Assembly (NCBI RefSeq): GCF_964355755.1
Contig: NC_092674.1
Coordinates: forward strand, 25,730,001-25,794,000
DNA from: Antedon mediterranea
Taxonomy: Eukaryota > Animalia > Echinodermata
Length of the DNA stretch: 64,000 bases
Direction of reading: 5' to 3'
Shown here piece after piece: positions 1 to 14,400 of this stretch. Each line of letters opens with the position of its first letter. Positions within the stretch are counted from its first letter, which is position 1. Under the pieces are notes generated by a model that was given only the letters and a program-made list of their open reading frames with translations, was not told the origin of the DNA and made no database searches. Both the position numbers and the translations under genes were made by a program.

Positions 1-887
1 CAATATTGCGGTAAGCAAGCCGGCGTTATTGCCGGTCTAAACCCATTCACACAGAAGGTAATATTACGGTAATTTTACCGTCTTCTGTGTGAAAGGCCAC
101 AGTGGAAAGGCGCAATATTTAAAGATTACTGTCTTCATAAAATAGAGGTCGCACTTTTTGAGAAAAGAAAATGGCGGGCACCTGCACAAAACATGCCATG
201 CGCGCACATGTTTGCTGATGTTGTTTTGTGTGTCCGTCGTTTAGTTTTTTTATTTACGATGCATAAAATCTATATTTTTGCCCAACACCACTCCGTGCTA
301 ATAACTGCCCGATCGTGATGGCCATTCTACAGAAACAAAATCTATTAGGCCTACAAATAGACGCGAATTTAATTATCAGAAGCTGTTATGAGCTAGCACC
401 GGGAGCGCGCACCGGAGGATGTTCCTGCTAGAACTATGCTAACTAGGGCCTAGGCTTACGTACGTTACAGCAAGTTAAATAATCTTTGGACCAACATCTG
501 TTATATTTTTATTATTATTGGCCGTATTCTTCCATTGTATTATTTACAAACTAACCTAAAAATATATAATATAATAGATATAATCTAATAATTTGGCCTA
601 AAGTAATTGCCACAGTCTTTCTCAATCAAGGAAAATGTCCCCAATTTATCCTTGCTCAAAGAATATATATTCTTTGCCTTGCTTCACTGCGTAAGCAGGC
701 GTTATATCGTGGACTCTTTCACACAGATCAGGCTTACGACCGTGACGGTAATATTACCGCAATTTTACTAGGTCCAGAGGCGGTCTAACGGAAGCCGGCA
801 TTAAGGGGTTTTTACCCTTTCACACATAAGCCGGCGTTCGCGAATTACCGCAATATTACCGTCTTACAGCTCTGTGTGAAAGGGGCT
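1..887. mobile_element. Non-autonomous Harbinger-like TIR element, left end just outside window
   Basis: Right end ...tctgtgtgaaaggggct. Positions 2-14 are the reverse complement of 845-857. Repeated ttcacaca/tgtgtgaa motifs and an internal hairpin at 46-93. Confidence 0.6.
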
Positions 888-1461
888 ACAGATTAAACAA
901 TGTGTCCCATATTTTGCAGGCTCATATCATGTTCACAGGAATTTTGGGATCAAAATCTGACAGATTTGGTCTACTACAAATTACTGTAGAAACTTATTAA
1001 AGCTTTTGTATAGTACTGAACCTGAATTTTATGTTTATGACAGAAAAGAAGTCTTTTGGAAGATGGTCTTACTTGGAGGTTGTTATGAAAGAAAACATCA
1101 TGGACTTCATTCGCCTCGAATGATTGCAACCTTTGAACAAATTGTGTGAATTGATTAAGTATTTATCTTGGTAATTAAAGAAACTAAATGAACATGGGAC
1201 ACAGTAATTCCACTTCGTATTTGATTTCAACCTTTGATCGGTGCCAGAAATTTTCATATACTGTACAGTACTCACATTAAGTTGTTTTTATAGGTCACTA
1301 CGATAAAATATAATCTGCATACTATAGTACATAGTCTACATGAATGTTTTGAACAGGCTGGAAAATTCAATGAGAACTGTGTGAAAAACCTGTCAAAATT
1401 GTTGAGAAGGTTTCTTGGCAATACTGGAGCGTCTAGATTTATACCACTTTGGAAGGTGTTA

Positions 1462-1583
1462 AGCTCCGTTTACACTATCAAACTTTATGTGACAAAAAAA
1501 TGTAATGATGTCATACCTCTACTATATTTGGGCAGATGACACTTCTATTTGTCAAACTAGTTTGATATAGTGTAGATAGAGAT
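1462..1583. mobile_element. Harbinger/Tourist-like MITE family A copy
   Basis: Degenerate TIR agctc.gt.tacactatcaaac ... gtttgata(ta)gtgtaga.agag.t, flanked by TTA/TAA. Confidence 0.75.
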
Positions 1584-2235
1584 TAACACCTGGTATAAAT
1601 TTACAATTGGGTTTGGCGGGCATAAAACACAGAATTAATCAATGACATGGGAAGGTAAGTGAATATAGGAATGCAAGGCATCAACATAGATGTGACCCAA
1701 ACAAATAAATTATAACCAGATCCTGGATCACCTGTAAGAGTAAATGTAGAGGTGGGGGGTGGGGGATGGGGGATAATGGGGGTGGTAAAAAAAAAAGAAC
1801 AACCGGACTAGAACCAGTTACAGTTCAGTATAGTATAGTATAAATATACATTATAGTACAGTATTATTTGTAAATTAGTAACTTTTTTTAGATCAAACAA
1901 ACAAACAAACAAATGATATTTAATTTGACGGTAAACCTTAGTTACAACCTGGTGCTGTCAATTCTCCTTGACAGGTAGACAAGATTTTCAAATACAGGTA
2001 AGGGTTTTATTTACGTCAATAAATTAATTATCACTATATGTTGTAATAGAAATCAGAATAACAAATAAATGTAAATTGAGCCTCTCAGTCATAAATAACA
2101 TTTTTAGAAAAGCCTTTTGTGCACAAATGTGATATTATTAGCCCAGACGAATGAATTTAAAGCTTTTACGAAAGATTAACACTTTCTTTCTGGCTGTTTT
2201 TATTTATACTATTTTGATTTAGATTTTTGCCAATT

Positions 2236-2420
2236 TATTTTGTATCTCCATTGAGATCTAGCCACTAATAAAAACAGCACTGTTATTTTTTGAGTGCTTA
2301 TTTTAATTTGTATCGCCATTGAGATCCAGCCACTGATACCCACAGCATTTTCATTTTTTCAGTGCTTATTTTATTTTATCTCCGTTGTGATCCAGCGACT
2401 GATACGCACATCATCAGCTT
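2236..2420. repeat. About 58-bp tandem repeat, 3 diverged copies
   Basis: tatctccattgagatctagccact.ata..cagca..ttttt.agtgcttatttt repeated three times. Confidence 0.7.
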
Positions 2421-2474
2421 TTCAGAATTTTCCTTTGCATTTATAAAATATGATATTGCATGTATAGTACTTAC

Positions 2475-5400
2475 ATGTTTTGAAAAAGTAAACAAGCATT
2501 TCTGATGTAACTCTGAAGGTGTAGCACATATAACCTGTGAATAAAATAATACGTTGTTAAATAATAATAAAATGATACGATGATATGAACAATATAGTCA
2601 GAGAAAATGTTATATCAAAGGGGATTAGTTATTGTATACTGCATACCTCAGGAGAAGAATTGAATAATTATAATAAAGAAATATATCAGCGCGTATTGTG
2701 AAAAAAATAATATTAAAACAAATAAACGGTACCCGAGGATAGGCAGCATAATAATAAACAGAATTACAAAATAGGTTTACATAACATTACATGAGATAAC
2801 TACAGGTCGTATGCTGTGTATGGATTTTTGTCTTGTATGCCAATAAGGCAATAATTGTTGAATTTTCCAATTGATTAGTTAAACTAAAATACAATTAGCT
2901 TCAGTGAATTCTACTGATGATTGTATGAATGGTTACTTAATATTACAAAATAAGCAATTGAGGGGGCTATTTAAATGTACCCTGGATCACCATATTATGG
3001 GCTATATTGTTGATACGGCATCATCTAAACGTAGACATGCATCTTTGCATTAACAATCTGCGTCATGATAGCACTTGTGGGTTTTTTTTGCACAAACACC
3101 ATTGGTTTAGAGTCAGCGTCCACTCCATATCTGTCTCCATTATATCTTAAAACTCTGTATACACTATCAAACTTTGTGACATAAAAATGTGATGTGCCCA
3201 TATATAGATTTGATGATGTCATATCACTACCATATTTGGGCAATCACTACCATATCTGGGCAAATCAAACTTTTTTGGTTTGTTAGTTTGATCATGGAGG
3301 TTTATACCTCCATGGTTTGATAGTGTAGACAGAGCTTTTTTTTATGGAATAATAAATTAGGAAATTTTACCACAATGATAGCAAGAACGTTCTTGGATAA
3401 TTCACTGACTGATGGGCAACAAACAACTGAAATGAAACCAGAAAAAAATATATGGATTATTTGATACATTGATGAAATATAATTTAATTTAATAATAAAT
3501 CGTAAAATTTTTTGATAGGTTTGCCATCATCAGCATCCTCAATATAAAGTATGCAAGCTAGACATCCTGAAGTTGGTCATTTGCTATAAGCTATATCTAC
3601 ACTATCAAAACTTTATGTGACAAAAAAGTGTGATGTGCCCATACTGTATATGGAAATGATGATGTCATAGTGTCATTGACAAAAATGGGAACATCAAACT
3701 TTAAAAAAACATCAACAAGTAAAAGGCATTTTTTTCAAACAAGTTTGATAGTGCAGACAGAGCTTTAGTGGTAAATTGAACTGTCTACACTATCAAACTA
3801 GTAGTGGCCATAGTGTTACTGTAAAGTGTCCCATTAACCCATCAAGGCCCAAACATAATTTTATTGTTAATAAAAAATTTTTACCAAGTTTGTATTACTT
3901 ATTACACATACATGAATCAGTTCCATATGTTAATTTGAGCCCTTTTGACCTTTGACCCTGTTTTGGGTAATGGGTCATATATGTCCCAATGGGTTATAAT
4001 AGACAACAAATCATTTTTTTTAACAGCAAAATATTTATTGACATTTCCAAAAAAAGATCAAAAAATCACATCATAAGTTTCAGTAAAAAGATTTGTTATG
4101 CTATTTACAATTTTACACATCCAAATTCTGATTAATAAACAAAAATTGTGATTGTTCTATTGTTATTGTATTGATACAATTATGAAAAGTCTATTTTTGT
4201 GGTATTCTCTAAAGCAATTCCTCTTCTCTGTAAAGCAAAGAGCTACTTTGCATTTTTCAAATGTTGTATCTGTCTTGTTGACTTTACAGATAGCACAACG
4301 ACGGCGTTTTTCATCTTTTAGTGGCCAATGGGCAACCTTATCCAACCTTACATCGTCGTTTGCAAGTGGGCGTTTTTGTTGACGCTTTACAGGTTGAATA
4401 TTAGCTGCAACTGAAGTTGATGGTCTGCATGGTTTTTTAGTGTTTATTTGAATGAGTGTTTGTGCAACTATTGCTTGAAACTTCCTTTGATTCAAAATTG
4501 AGTTCTTTGCGACGCCTACTTCTTTGCATTCCCGGCGATATAGAAGCCAAGCATTCACAAGGGCTATGTACACACCTTGCCAAAACAAATACAGATACCA
4601 ACGCTTTGAAATGATGTGATATTTGTATCTGGCAATGCAAGCATCCATTAAGTCAACTCCTCCCATATGGGTATTATACCGGCTTACAATAGATGGTCTT
4701 GTAACCTCTACAAATTCATTTTTCCCTTTGTCCCAGCCTTGTCTGTTGGTTCAACGCCAGCATAAATTGAAATTAAAGTTACTCGTTTTGTGTCCAACCA
4801 GCTAACAACTACTACATTACTCGACTCTTCTACTCTCCAGTCACATGCTCCCCTTCCTTTTTTTCTGCATTTCCTTTTCTTACATGAGATTGCTACCGGC
4901 AAGACGATTTCCGCGCAAAATTATGTTGGCGATTACTATAAAAAAAAAATATAATAAAAAATGACAATTATAAATTAGACACAATAAAAATAATAATTTT
5001 ATAAGAAAATAATACTTTTTGAAAATGAATAATATGGTGTAGTATTTTTAAAGTCATAATAAGATCTAACATTCTATAAATTATTGACATATGAACTTGG
5101 ATAATTATAACACAATACAAGCATGGTGACCCATTGGGACATATATGACCCATGTTCCACAACATAGAGGGCCATAGGGACATATGTCCCCATTTTTTAA
5201 AACGCCTACCAAATAAAAAATTTAAGTAATATAACTTATTTTTTGTAATAATCATGATCTATAAAGTCTATTGATAATATCTATCTAGTTTTTAAAACAA
5301 ATAACACAATATTTTAGGTGTTATAGGCTTTAGAAGATCCAAAGACAACGAAGCATGCTTACCTGCTTGAAGAAGCCATTGTGTAAACACTGTAACAAAA

Positions 5401-8400
5401 TACTCTAGGCTCAATTGACTTCCTGTTGATCTCAAACTGTGCCTTATCTGTCCCTATGGGTCTTGCAGTGATTTTTTTTGTTAAAACATTTGCCTAGTAA
5501 AATCACATGACTAAGTCATGTGACGGGTCAAATATGACCCCATGGGCCTTGATGGGTTAATAGAGATGTCTTAAGGCCCATTTACACTAGGACGATAACG
5601 ATCGACGATAAATATATAAGCATGCATTTTTTTAACATAAAACAAAAGAAATTAGAAAGGGTTTCGTTCTAGGACTATAGGATAATCATTTATGCTGTCT
5701 TTGATAAAATAATATTTTTAAAATTCCAAACAAATGACGTCATGATACATAAAAAACAATAAAATCGTTGTATTGTCACGATATTATTGCTCTTATACTA
5801 ATAATGACGTCATTTGATTGGACGTGTGAAAATATAATTTTCATCAAAGGAAGCATAGATGGTTATTCTATAGTTCTAGAATGAAAAGGTTTTATATTTC
5901 TTTTATTTTATGTATGAAAAATGCAAATTCATTTTCATTTCATTTCATTTATTTATTTCACTTCACAAATACTGTATATAAATATAAAGTGGAGGAGCCT
6001 AAAAGAAAGCAAAGCTTGTGGTGAATAGGCTCCTCAAAACAAAACAAATAAAATATAAATAATATAACACAATTAGAAACTCCAAAAAAAACAATTTAAC
6101 TACTATCTTTTCTCTAACAGATAAGTTTAACATGTTTAAAACTAAAAAAACAAGTAAAAAATAGATTATATAAATTATTGTCTATTATCATCGATCGTTA
6201 TCGTCCTAGTGTGAATGGGCCTTAAAAGAAAGGATTCTATTTTATATTATATAAAATATAGACAGCAGACAAATACAAGTATATTACTTACTGATAAAGT
6301 TATATGTCAATGTACCTCGAATAATAATTATGATACTGAGTGCAAAGATAAATGTACCTACGTACAGTACCATAGAGTCAATGGTTTATGAAACACAATA
6401 AAAGAGTGATGAATGACTTGTGAACACTTTGTCAAGCTTTAATTCACATAGTTCAACTCAACGTAGAATTTTGACACTTTGACATGGTGTACCTGTATGT
6501 TTACTTTGAATATTATTTTACTTGGCTACATTTTTTTCACTCCCAAAATGCGAGATGAAAAACCATGCTAAAACAGTTGTTTTAATTGAGGAAGTCAATG
6601 CACTTTTATTGCAGTGCCATAGTTTAAGTACATAGACAAGACTAGATAGTTGAACTACTAAGTATTGCAAGAAATAATATTGATAGTTAGCCACACCAGA
6701 TGCTTGAATCTGAGGGAGGTATATGCATATTTTATGTTTACCTTCTTGGTAGAATGTTATAACACATATTTCTATATTTCTGTAGTTAAAATCTCTTTTT
6801 TGACACTACATGTATTTAAAGGGTCTTTCACACCTGTTCTGGCACGGTTCCGGTCTGGTGAATCGAACGTCAATGTTTCGTTTTCACGACGCTCCTCCAC
6901 GCAGCTTTTCGCCAATCGATAAGCGCTTACCCGTGTGAAAACAAAACTTTGAAGTTCGATTGGATTTGCCAGCGCCAAACCGGAACCGTGCCGGAACAGG
7001 AGGAAAAGATCATTTAAGGGGACACTTTCGTGTGAAATGAATGAAGGACAAAATATGTTTTATAACACTATGGTGAAGACCCTATTCTGGGGACAATTGC
7101 TGGCATAGGTTTTGTGTTGTCTATTTGTCCTCTTTAATAAGGCTTTTATTTTCTGTATTCCATGGCTTTTAATCTCACTTAATCATTTAAAAATAAGTCT
7201 TGCTCTCAAAAACTTGTTTAGCCTGCTCTACACATCCACCCCTAGATAAATTTATCAGGGGGTTTTCCCACAGCAAATATAAATTCTTTAGATCAATGCA
7301 CGGTTTCAAATGTATTATTAGAAGAACATTTCATTGAAAAACCTTTTCTTCATAACTAATGGACTTGTGTATTTATTATTCAGAAGATAAGCAGAGATTT
7401 TACAAGGACAATATTTAATTGATTTAAGTAATAGAATTCAAATGAAAAGAGTACAGGCATTTTAAGAATTGTTGAAAAACTGAAATAGACAGTTAGTTAA
7501 AATGAAACTCTATATAATCCTACATTAAAAGTAAAGAAAAAAAATCATTTACACTACAGTCTGTGAGTCACAAATCATAAATGTGATAATAAAAATAAAT
7601 TAAGGAATGATTTTAATTCCATTCAGATAAAGTAATAATTATCAAAATAAATTATCATCTTCACTAAAAGTTCAAGTAAAATCTAGCCTACAGTAGCTCA
7701 ATAGGAATTTAGCAATGACTCCTACCTACAGCAGCAAGTAGGGAAATCTATCTACTTGGCTAAGGCCTAAAATAATCATTTCTTCAGTAGATCCCCTCTT
7801 CCACATTTGGTTTAAAGTCTTTCATTCTCTTTTGCTAAAAAAAGAAGCTCCTTGTAAAAAGCCTGCTTACAGACTTAACTACCTGATACATGTAGATATT
7901 CTACAGAAAGATCTAGTCCTACTAGTATTAAAATTTAATCTGAATATGGTTTTGTCGTGAAAAAGATATTGCACACGCATAAATGCAGTTTCTATAAATT
8001 ATTTAATGTATTTTATAAAGTATTAGAATATTATTTATGACTATGGCAATTCAAGTCATAAATCACATTGGTAAATGTCACAAAATTGATCCGGTTTTTC
8101 ACTTACAAATATTCTATGATCGATATTGCTTGAAAAATATGAATACACTTTTTTTAAATTGAGCTGGGATTGTCTTGGAAATTTTAAGTTAAAAGTGTCT
8201 AGATGTATAGAATGAGAGTATTAGTGGTTAGACTATCCCTGCATGATATCTTACAAGTACTTGCACATTTGTATACTTTTTTAAATGTCACAAATTACAA
8301 TGTGATCTGTTGGCAAAAATTGCGGTGGTGACAACTGCAGCGGTGACAAAGTGGTGAGAATTGCAGTGGTGAGAATTGCGGTGGTAACAATTGCGGTGGT

Positions 8401-11400
8401 GAGAATTGCGGTGGTGAGAATTGCGGTGGTGACAATGCTGTGGTGACAATTGCAGTGGTGACAATTTTAGTGGTAACAATGCAGTGGTGAAAACTGCAGT
8501 GGTGACAATTGCAATGGTGACAATTGCAATGGTGACAATTGCAGTGGTGACAATTGCAATGGTGACAATTGCAGTAGTGACAATTAAAATGGTGACAATT
8601 GCAGTAGTGACAATTGCAGTGGTGACAATTGCAATGGTGACAATTGCAATGGTGACATTTGCAGTAGTGACAATTGCAATGGTGACAATTGCAGAAGTGA
8701 CATATGCAATGGTTAGAATTTCAGTGGTGACAATTGCAATGGTGAAAATTGCAGTAGTGACACAAACGGATTCAACGTAAATTCACCACTGGATGGAAGA
8801 CTAGAGAAACATATTCTGCCTTTATTTTAGTTTTCTGATGCCTGAAATGTTGCACTCCGAAATATCATTTTAGAATTATTGAAGGGTAGAAAGTGAAGCC
8901 AATTTTCCACTAGGCGAATTTGTACGTGCACATCCAACGATTCGATGAGAAAAAAAACGCCTACTCTCTTTCCACTATATGAGCAAATAGCTGCGACGTT
9001 CCTCGCATGGTTGCTGAGCATTTCGATTCGTATGAGTGCTCATGAAAGCGTCATAGTTCATTTCTGCGACGTTCATGTTACTCGCGTGGTTGCTGAGCAT
9101 TTCGATTCGCATGAGTGCTCATGAAAGCGTCATAGTTCATTTTTCTGAGCTCCGATTGGTTGCGCAATATTTTGCTTCGCAAAAAGTAGAAACAATTCGA
9201 ACTAGTAAATTTCGCTGAAGCGAAAAATCAAAGGAACTAGTATTCGTCGAAGAAGGAAGTACAGTACAGGTATGACAGACAGAAACTTGAATACGTACTG
9301 TATGCGCATAGCAGCATGACGCTTTTGATTCGCCTATTGGAAAATCGGCTTTAGTCATGCTCCTGCACATCCAGGTGGGCAAAAATAGCTACAGTACAGT
9401 AGGGAGATCGTTCTGCTGGACCTAGGCACTGGAACATCTACTTTCAAACATTACTGTAGATAGACACTAATTATTATTTGACAACTTTAAGAAGTCATTA
9501 CTAAAATCTCACATATTCTGATCTCTTTTTAGCAATGATAATTGAAATGGTGACTTATACAAATGGAATGATTGATGTTTCTGCTGCATCCTCAAACATA
9601 GTTTTCTTTTTAAATTAACAACCTCATGGCTGTTCCAGTTCTTCTCTTCATTACCCAAAATGATATGCCCTGTTTCTGCTGCCAAATAAAATGTATACCA
9701 GTTTTCGTATAAAAACAACATTTTAAATACTTTATACCGACAGTCGAAACAGCCAAAATGTTGTTTATCGACACAAATGAAGACATAGCAGACTAGAGTG
9801 ATTTTTTTTTACAGAAATCAGGTTAGTAATAATAACTAAATCAAGATAGCGTGCAAGGACAATATATTTTTGCTTAATTTGTTCAAAGTACTAAAATTGA
9901 GCAATTACTATAACAATTTATTTTTTTAATAACGAACAAATCAGTAATTAGTACAAGCAATGCAAATACATACAGCATTTGGAATAAGTTATTATGTGAG
10001 ATAGAAAAAAAAACACATAAATCTTATTAAAACGAACAAAAACTAATTAATCAAAAAAATAACACACACACAGGAGACAATTACATGTACTAATACTAAA
10101 ATAATACACTAATAAATTTTTGTAAACTGACTCAATAAAATCAAAAATTAAACTTTAAAGATGTATTGTCACCCAAAAACATGAAAAATAAAGATGAATA
10201 AAATCAGATTTTAAATTTTTTTTTTTATCCAGTTCTTGGTCAAAGATACAAGATACAAGATACAAGAAAACTTTATTCATCCCAACTTGGGAAATTGTGT
10301 TGCTGTCTAATAACAATGCCGTATTTAAAAGAGAAATGATAGGCCTAATACATAAATTAAAAGAGAAATGATAGGCCTAATACATAAATTAAAAGAGAAA
10401 TGATAGGCCTAATACATAAATTAAAAGAGAAATGATAGGCCTAATACATAAATTAAAAGAGAAATGATATGCCTAATACATAAAAAGTGAAGAACTATTA
10501 TGTGACATTAACATCGCATATTAAAAAAAAACTATTTTATTTTATATCAGATACTTGTCAAATTTTCTCTACAGTTAATTTAAACACAAGCAAACATGTT
10601 TTAAACAAATGTGAACTTTCTACAAAAAAAAACACGGATTTGCTATTAAACACATACAAATGAACGTGGCCGAAACATCTTTAAAAAAGTGAACATCTTG
10701 AATAAAAAAAAGTCAGTGAGTGTGTTGTGAAGCATCATAGCTATTACATCTATTTAAAATGGAGTCTGCATTCTTAAAACATGTCTGGAAGTAAAATTAA
10801 GTCTTATTTTCACCAGGTTCAACCTACTTCTTCGTTTTTGTAATTACTGTAAGTATGGAACATATAAACATCTCATTTTATTTTTCTTTATGCTTGTAAA
10901 ATTCGACAAGACAAATTACTTTACATACGACAGAATGTATTTATATATTTTTTTTCCCACAAAATCTATGAATATTTTATGACTGATTATGTTTGGTATT
11001 ACGGTTTAACTACTCAGACAAAAATACATTAAAAAATGTTCCTATTGAATTTTGGTCTTTCTTGAAAAACTCACAATGAATTTCATGAAGAATGAAACAA
11101 CATCCAATCATGAATTTTTCCATTTAAGACAATGTATTTTTGTCTGAAATATGATTAATTTTGTATGCAAATTTGATACAGAATACTGAAAATGCTTTAT
11201 TATAAAAGTTATCTACTTTTTTATGACTATTTAGAGACACTGTACTCTTGTTAAATGTCGCTATAATTTGATTTGATTTTATTCAGGTTTCAACATAAAA
11301 TTACAAGACAAATATTAAAAATACAAAATGAAACCAGGAATTGCACAGAATACAAGAAACCAAGGATAGCCCATAAAGTTGAAAAAACATCTTATTTCTA

Positions 11401-14400
11401 TTGGGGTCCTATTATTATACAGTAATAATATAATACTGTGAGAGTTTGTCAAGAATGACAAATTTCAAATTGAAAACATTATTGTGAACCTGATAATGAT
11501 ATTAGTATGAATAGTTCATTGTATGACGAGTAAATAATGATTATTAATGCAAATGACGTAATTAGTATCATCAGACCTGCAGTATGATTAGGTGACAATT
11601 CGTACGAGGGAAATTTTGTAGTATGAAAAGTTCATGAGTAAATGTTGATTAATGCAAGTGACGTACATTCTGCAGACTATCATATGGTGTCTGAATACAC
11701 AAGTTAAGTTTTGTAGAAAAAATGAATAATTCTTGTTGGCAATCACATTATTTAGAAGTACCATAGAACCTCTATTAAAGGGACATCTTTGAGACCTAAC
11801 AGAGTATTCCCTGAATAGAATAGGGATTGGCCACAGTGTGAACTCATACAAAAATAATTTGTGTTGACAATTTAAAAATCACATTATTTAAAAGTACCAT
11901 AGAACCTCTATTAAAGGGACATCTTCCAGACCCCACAAAGCGTCCCCTGAATAGGGATTGGCCATAGTGTGAACTCATACAAAATAAATTCTTGTTGGCA
12001 ATTAATTAAAGGAATCACATTATTTAGAAGTACCATACTACCTCTAATAAAGGAGCATTTTTGAGACCCAACAAAGTGTTCCCTCATAGTGTGAACTCAT
12101 ACAAAATTGCTTGTTGGCAATTTAAAAACCACATTATTTAAAACTACTGTACCATAGAACCTCTATTAAAGGGACATCTTTGAGACCACAGAGTATTCCC
12201 TGAATAGAATAGGGATGGCCACAGTGTGAACTCATACAAAAAAAGTTTGTGTTGGCAATTTAAAAATCACATTATTTAAAAGTGTACCATACTGTAAAAC
12301 GTCTATTAAAGCTTGGTTCCCACTAGAACGTAACGCAACGCAAGCGTTTTAACCAATGACAAGCGAAGTTATAGACAGTTTAGCAATCATCAAGCGAATA
12401 AGCCATCGCTTGTGATTGGTCAATTCATTTGCGTTGCGTTACGTCCTTGTGTTGCGTCGCTAGTGGGAACCACGCTTAAAGGAACATCTTTGAGAGAGAC
12501 CCAACAAAGTGTTCCCTGAATAGGGATTGGCCATAGGTGACAATTTAGTCATCACATTATTTAGTACAGTAAGGGGACGCTTTCAGGATCCAACAAAGCA
12601 TTCCTGGGTTTTTCCCTGAATAGGGGTTGGCCACAATGTGAAAACATACATTTTCCTATGTTCATTTCACCGAATATGGGTGTCACTAAAGGAAGGTTTT
12701 TACCGTATTCATAGTGGGATTGTGGCTTGGTAGTATTAGTATGGTTGCCTTCCATTACAAACCCTCAGTCTTTGGTTCAAATCCTGTAGTAAGTAATTGT
12801 ATTCCAATAATAAAAATGAGATTTATTGTACAGCATATAGTTTTCATAACTGTAAATGGTAAGCTAAAAACAGAGATGCACTGCACTGTACGTTTAGGAT
12901 ATTTTTGTACGTGTCGTTCATTGCGTACGGTTAAATTAAATTTAGTTGGATCTGAATCGCATCTTACTCAACCGTATTAGCACTTATTTGTCGACTCTTG
13001 ACCCACTCGACTTGTTGACCCACATATGACATATAGTTCAACAGAACAACGCAGGACATTTAATCTCCAGGAATTGGCATTACCATCAATCATGTCTAAT
13101 TAATTGTAACTTAATCGATTTATCCGATTCTAAACTCAACAACTTTTTCTAAGCATTATAACGTAATGACATTTGATACTATCTATATTCAGCAAAGTAG
13201 TAAAATTAATCATTGTTAATTCTGTCTTTCAATTTGATAAATGTGATGTAATTGAATATGGATTAAAACAAAAAACATGTCCTCAGAGCCCAACAATGTC
13301 ATTTTTTACAAAGAAAGACATTCTCACATTCATGCATTTATGAATACTGTTATAAAGCCAGGAACTACTACAGATGGCGCAATACTACAGTAGCGGAACG
13401 AATAGATTATGACAAATTAAAATGTAATGCCAGTTTTAAGATATAGAGGGCAGTATATTGATTTAAAAGAATATGCAGATTGTAAAACAATAAAACTACA
13501 GTTGAACCCTTCCTTGGGACATCCCTCTATTTATGGGACATCCCTCTATTAATGGGATACCCTCTATTAATGGGACATCCCTCTATTAATGGGACATCCC
13601 TCTATTAATGGGACATCCTTCTATTAATGGGACATCCCTCTATTAAGGGGACATCCCTCTATTAAGGGGACATCCCTCTATTAATGGGACATCCCTCTAT
13701 TAATGGGACACCTCTATTAATGGGACATCCCTCTATTAATGGGAAATCCCTCTATTAATGGGACACCCTCTATTAATGGGACATCCCTCTATTAATGCGA
13801 CATCCCTCTATTAATTGGACATCCCTCTATTAATGGGTCATCCCTTTATTAATGGGACATCCTTCTATCAAGGGGACACTTCTCTATCATGAGGACACCC
13901 CTTTATTAATGGGACATCCTTCTATCAAGGGGACACTTCTCTATTAATGGGACACTTCTCTATCATGAGGACACCCCTTTATTAATGGGACATCCTTCTA
14001 TCAAGGGGACACTTCTCTATCATGAGGACACCCCTTTATTAATGGGACATCCTTCTATCAAGGGGACACTTCTCTATCATGAGGACACCCCTTTATTAAT
14101 GGGACATCCTTCTATCAAGGGGACACTTCTCTATCATGAGGACACCCCTTTATTAATAGGACATCCTTCTATCAAGAGGACACTTCTCTATCATGAGGAC
14201 ACCCCTTTATTAACGGGACATCCTTCTATCAAGGGGACACTTCTCTATCATGAGGACACCCCTTTATTAATGGGACATCCTTCTATCAAGGGGACACTTC
14301 TCTATTAATGGGACACTTCTCTATCATGAGGACACCCCTCTATTAATGGGACATCCTTCTATCAAGGGGACACCCTCTATTAAGGGGACACTCCTCAATT

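Larger units (their letters stand above)
10159..10535. mobile_element. Kolobok-like MITE fragment interrupted by a Rex/Babar-like LINE tail and a 32-bp tandem array
   Basis: TTAA-AGATGTATTGTC start, homologous to 15616-15892. Interrupted after tggtcaaag and resumes at tattatgtgacattaa. Confidence 0.6.

Noticed and set aside
1073-1130. Candidate next PDE2A exon (LQSFEANEVHDVFFHNNLQ) with good splice sites
   Set aside because: Its open frame needs phase 2 but the previous exon ends in phase 0 (giving VAIIRGE*). No bridging exon found, so left unassigned.
8288-8780. VTIAM-repeat and His-rich ORFs
   Set aside because: By-products of a 15-bp minisatellite, open on both strands because the unit is a stop-free multiple of 3.
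9513-9678. Exon-like open segment on minus strand (AETGHIILG...) in phase with PDE2A exon 4
   Set aside because: 166 nt would shift the frame before the 3426 exon, and it has no PDE2A similarity. At most a minor terminal or poison exon; unsupported.
11725-12650. CRISPR-like repeat-spacer appearance
   Set aside because: Intervening sequences are homologous to each other, the DNA is eukaryotic, and there are no cas genes.
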